A stretch of 64,000 nucleotides of DNA from an uncultured Alphaproteobacteria bacterium (GTDB lineage Bacteria > Pseudomonadota > Alphaproteobacteria > Rhizobiales > Xanthobacteraceae): contig CAVWMD010000027.1 of the NCBI GenBank assembly GCA_963755895.1, forward strand, positions 240,881 through 304,880, read 5' to 3'. The position numbers and the translations under genes are program-made. Numbering within the stretch: the first letter of the stretch is position 1; each line of letters begins with the position of its first letter. The notes below the pieces were generated by a model, which did not search any database, was not told the DNA's origin, and saw only the letters and a list, made by a program, of their open reading frames with translations. Below are positions 60,372 to 64,000 of the stretch, one piece after another.

Positions 60372-60998
60372 ATGGCGAATACGCGCGAACCGATCCTTCA
60401 GCCGGTCCCGATCCTCTCGCTGCGTCCGACCCAGATGACGGTCGGGATGCGGGAGGTCAAGGAAAAGCGCAAGCGCTGGCGCGAACACAAATCGGCGAAA
60501 AAGCGCGGCGAGATGCTGGGCAAGCATATGATCCCGGTGGTGCTCGGCCCGGACCAGCACTATTACGTGGTCGATCATCATCATCTGGCGCGCGCGCTTC
60601 ACGAGGAGGGCGTGAAGGACATTCTCGTCACCGTGATCGGCGATCTCACCATGGTCGAACGCGATGCGTTCTGGGGCGTGATGGACAACAAGCGATGGGT
60701 CTATCCCTACGACGCCAAGGGCGAGCGCCGGCACTTCAAGGATATTCCGAAATCGATCACCGCGCTCAAGGACGATCCGTTCCGCAGCCTTGCCGGCGAA
60801 TTGCGCCGCGCCGGCGGCTTTGCCAAGGACACGACGCCGTTCAGCGAATTCCTGTGGGCCGATTTCCTGCGCCGGAGGATGTCGCGCAAGAGCGTGGATG
60901 ACGATTTCGCCAAAGCGATGGAGAAGGCGCTGGCCTTTGCCAAAAGCAAGGATGCGATCTATTTGCCCGGCTGGTGCGGGCCGGCGTCGGACGACTAG
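60372..60998 (+). CDS. ParB-like nuclease domain protein (ParBc_2-like)
   Basis: ILSLRPTQMTVGMREV...VVDHHHLARALHEEG is typical of the stand-alone ParB/Srx-fold family. ATG at 60372. Confidence 0.7.
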   Translation: MANTREPILQPVPILSLRPTQMTVGMREVKEKRKRWREHKSAKKRGEMLGKHMIPVVLGPDQHYYVVDHHHLARALHEEGVKDILVTVIGDLTMVERDAFWGVMDNKRWVYPYDAKGERRHFKDIPKSITALKDDPFRSLAGELRRAGGFAKDTTPFSEFLWADFLRRRMSRKSVDDDFAKAMEKALAFAKSKDAIYLPGWCGPASDD

Positions 60999-61014
60999 GG
61001 CGCGAGCCGGCGAG

Positions 61015-61593
61015 CTATTTCGGCAGCCGCCCCATCAGGTAGAATTCGTCGTTCGGGCGCATCGCCGGTGACGTTGGCCATCCGGTTCGACAGCGCAAAG
61101 AACGCCGAGATCGCGGCGATGTCCCAGACGTCGTCGTCGCTGAAGCCGTGGCTGGCGAGATCGGCGAAATCCTGTTCGGAGATCTTGCCCGCCTCGCAGG
61201 CTGACCTTCATGGCGAAGTCGAGCATGGCGCGCTGGCGCGGCGTGATATCCGCCTTGCGGTAGTTGACGGCGATCTGGTCGGCGATCAGCGGGTTCTTGG
61301 CCCGGATCCGCAGGATCGCGCCATGCGCGATCACGCAATACTGGCACTGGTTGGCGCTGGAGGTGGCGACCACGATCATTTCGCGCTCGGCCTTGGTCAG
61401 GCCGCCGTCCTTCTCCATCAGCGCGTCGTGATAGGCAAAGAAGGCGCGAAACTCGTCGGGCCGATACGCCAGCGTCAGGAACACGTTCGGAACGAAGCCG
61501 GATTTTTCCTGCACCGCGAGCAGGCGGGTGCGGATATCCTCCGGCAGTGTGTCGATCGGGGGCGCTGGGAAGCGTTTCGGCGGTCTGGGTCAT
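61015..61593 (-). pseudogene. carboxymuconolactone decarboxylase/AhpD-like 'peroxidase-related enzyme', about 3 frameshifts
   Basis: The core with the CxxC-type motif ANQCQYCVIAHG is in ORF 61035..61514. The N-terminus MTQTAETLPSAP and C-terminus MRPNDEFYLMGRLPK are in ORF 61015..61593. The segment EAGKISEQDFADLASHGFSDDDVWDIAAISAFFALSNRMANVT is in the third frame. Confidence 0.7.
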
Positions 61594-61703
61594 CTCAGGG
61601 ATTCCGGCGCGCGGCCTGCGGGATGCGGGCGCGCTCGGAGCATAGTCGATGGCGGTGTCGCCGCAAAGCGCAAGTGCGTCGCGTTACTGGCGATTTCAGG
61701 CGC

Positions 61704-63367
61704 TTAGCGCAGCGGCTTTTTCAGCAGCGAAAAGCGGTCGGGATCGAGACCCATCGACGGTTGCAGCATCGGCGCTTCGACCGTGCGCGCGGCGGGCCGT
61801 TCGTTGATGGTGGGGTCGTTGGGCACGTCGCGATGCGAGGTGGCGCCGCGCCAGCGCTCGAGCACGGCGCTGACGAAATGCATGTCGTGGCCGGCGGTCG
61901 CCGACGGCACCGTCGCGATGGTGGCCTCGCTGCGCGGCAATTGATGCACCGGTACTTCCTTGAAACGCAGCCGGGTCGGCAGCGCCACGCCTTCGCCGAA
62001 GGCAAGCACTTCGCGGGTGCCGAGCGAGGGCACGAACGACAACAGGTTTGCGGCGGCGTCCGACACCGCCGAGCGCAGCAGCGCCTGGTCGCGGTCGTTG
62101 GCAAGGCGCATCGCAAACAGCGTATTGCATTGCGAAATGATGGTGGCGTCGAGTTCGGCGGGGCGCTGGGTCACGAGCCCGAGATAGACGCCGTATTTGC
62201 GGCCTTCCTTGGCGATCCGCGACACCGCCTTGCGGGTCGGCCCGAAGCCGATATTGCGGTCGGCGGAGGCGTAGCGATGGGCCTCCTCGCAGACGAACAA
62301 TAGCGGCGATACGCCGTCGCTCCACAGGCCGAAATCGAACGCCATGCGGCACAACACCGAGACCACGGAATCGACGACTTCGGCGGGGAAGCCGGCAAGC
62401 TGCATGATCGTCATCGGCCGGCCGTTGGCCGGCAGCCGGAACAGATGGCTGATGACTTCCGCCATGGTGTCGCCGCCGACATTGGCGTTGTCGAACATGA
62501 AGGCATAGCGCGGGTCGTTGCGCACGGTTTCGATGCGCGAGATCAGCTTGTGATAGATGATGCGCGACGAGCGGTTCTCGAGCTTGCCCATGCGCTCGTC
62601 GATCAGCGAGATCAGATCGACCAGGCGATAGGGGACGGGCGTGTCGACGGTATAGCCGATCGGCCTTGGGATCGATGCGCTTCAGCCCGAGCCGATCGGC
62701 ATTCTGGTATTGAGTATAGATACCCTTCGCCATCGGAATGACTTCGGCGAGAATGTCGAGTTCTTCGGGAACGCCGGGCCGGCCGGCGAACAGCACGTCG
62801 ACGATCTCTTCGAAATTGAACAGCCAGAACGGCAGTTTCAGGTTACGCGGATTGAGAACCAGCGAGCGGTCGCCGAAGCAGCGGCCATATTCGTTGTGGA
62901 CGTCGAGCAGGAACACCCGCAGGTTCGGGCCGCGATTTGAGGATTTCGTTCAGCAGCAGCGATACGCCGCTCGATTTGCCGACGCCGGTCGAGCCGAGCA
63001 CCGCGAAATGCTTGGAAAGCATTTCCTCGATATCGACATAGGCGATGACGGACGGATCCTGCTGCAGGGTGCCGACATTGATCTGGTCCGATCCGGACGG
63101 CGCATAGACCGTGCGAAGTTCCTGATTGCTGATCAGCTCGACCGTATCGCCGATGGTCGGATAATTGGTGACGCCGCGCTGGAATTTCGGGCGGTCCGCG
63201 ATGCCGAGGATTTCACCGAGCAGATCGACCGAGGCGCTGGCGATGTAGTTGTCCGAGGTCGGCAGATTCTCGCAGGATACTTCGGTGATCATGGCGACGA
63301 TCGTGGAGTTCGCGCAGCGGATGCTGACGAAGCGGCCGACTGTGGCCCTTACTTCCGAGACGGCCAT
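61704..63367 (-). pseudogene. HerA-like (DUF87) P-loop ATPase, two frameshifts
   Basis: Walker A GSTGVGKSS (ORF 62843..63367), middle section in ORF 61696..62916, C-terminal part with LLFVCEEAHRY (Walker B) and VTQRPAELD in ORF 61704..62591. Confidence 0.8.
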
Positions 63368-63689
63368 CTGGCTTCGTCGCCAGCAGTCCGACCCGGGCGA
63401 GGGATCCGCGCACCGAAATTACACGTCCGAAGGATGTCACTGTAAGAAGCCCGTCATCTCATGCGCATTCTGCCCATCGCACTATGGTGGGCGCGGTTGG
63501 ACAAACGGTTAAGCCGGCCCGGCCCGACTCGGTAAAATCAGCGACATCTTGGTCGGCATATGGCCTGATGGGGCGATCCATCGGTTTTATTGCCGAATAT
63601 TGCGGAAAAAACCGATGTCTTGCGACCAATCCTTAACCGGGACGGCGATTTGAGCTTAACGTTTGATTTACCAAGGTTTCGAGGAAGTC

Positions 63690-64000
63690 ATGATCGTGCG
63701 CCGGTTCCTGCTCGCCTCTGTTGTCGTCCTTGCCACCTGGCCGGCTCTGGCAGGCGAACGATGGGAGACATTGCCGCAGACGCCTGCGCCCATCGCAGCG
63801 GACCGTGCCGGCCACGCACAGGTGAATGGCATCAGCATTTACTACGCGGTCTACGGCCATGGCTCGCCGGTGATCTTTCTGCATGGCGGGCTGGCGAACA
63901 CCGATTATTGGGGCAACCAGGTTCCGGAGGTCGCGGCGCATCATACCGTTATCCTGATGGACAGCCGGGGTCACGGCCGCAGCACGCGCGATGCGCGGCC
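63690..64000 (+). CDS. alpha/beta hydrolase, secreted (5' partial, runs off window)
   Basis: ATG at 63690 after gaggaag. Signal peptide MIVRRFLLASVVVLATWPALA, then VIFLHGGLANTDYWGNQ...ILMDSRGHGRS (HG oxyanion motif). No stop before the window end. Confidence 0.7.
   Translation, partial: MIVRRFLLASVVVLATWPALAGERWETLPQTPAPIAADRAGHAQVNGISIYYAVYGHGSPVIFLHGGLANTDYWGNQVPEVAAHHTVILMDSRGHGRSTRDAR

Noticed and set aside
59598-60734. 378 aa minus-strand ORF spanning KirBac and the ParB-like gene
   Set aside because: It is an alternative frame of KirBac and antisense to the ParB-like gene. It has no motifs and Arg-rich composition.
61704-63367. HerA-like ATPase as part of a defence system (HerA-Sir2, HerA-DUF4297, NurA-HerA)
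   Set aside because: No partner effector gene lies on either side. The neighbours are an AhpD-like gene and an intergenic region followed by a hydrolase.
1-64000. tRNA, rRNA, CRISPR arrays, riboswitches
   Set aside because: Scanning intergenic regions by eye found no T-loop/acceptor-like tRNA structure, no regularly spaced direct repeats beyond the REP-like hairpins, and no recognisable riboswitch cores upstream of cimA, kup, cysS or the transporters. A computational scan (tRNAscan-SE, Infernal/Rfam) would be needed for certainty.

Overview
High-GC alphaproteobacterial chromosome segment. The gene content (acpXL-fabZXL-fabF2XL-fabF1XL-lpxXL very-long-chain lipid A cluster, psd/pssA, class II DAHP synthase) and the REP-like intergenic hairpin families point to Bradyrhizobiaceae/Nitrobacteraceae; this is an inference and no database search was run. 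Most of the window is ordinary housekeeping and transport genes: DJ-1/PfpI, DAHP synthase, dgkA, nadE, cysS, cimA, an Atm1-type ABC exporter, alkB plus an AraC regulator, psd, pssA, two HAAT-type (Liv-like) ABC operons, an MFS transporter, motAB, kup, an aminotransferase, a potF-like binding protein, ppk2, a KirBac channel and a HerA-like ATPase. No rRNA, tRNA, CRISPR array or intact mobile element was found. Five things stand out. (1) A lower-GC island (about 18.0-20.95 kb) encodes a cytochrome P450-fold protein with a twin-arginine export signal and no canonical I-helix acid-alcohol pair. (2) A tightly packed five-gene cluster (52.15-57.64 kb) contains a P1B-like P-type ATPase in which the transmembrane CPC metal motif is replaced by D-Y-G; its N-terminal domain and a stand-alone paralog lack the CxxC motif, and it is translationally coupled to an EcsC-family gene. 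(3) Reading-frame disruptions are strikingly patchy. I reconstructed about 30 frame changes by eye across 27.86-44.97 kb, hitting every gene there except one binding protein, and about 5 more across 61.0-63.0 kb. There are single events in cysS and in the HMA2-like gene, and none elsewhere. From sequence alone I cannot tell real pseudogenisation from local assembly or sequencing error. (4) Two copies of a roughly 490 bp mosaic repeat lie in inverted orientation around a 13.5 kb housekeeping block. (5) Smaller oddities include a kup 3' remnant abutting motB, an integrase remnant splitting psd from pssA, an LCIB-like beta-carbonic-anhydrase homolog next to KirBac, and a completely cysteine-free FabF2XL. 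All coordinates come from manual reading plus the supplied ORF track. Start codons and frameshift positions are approximate where stated.
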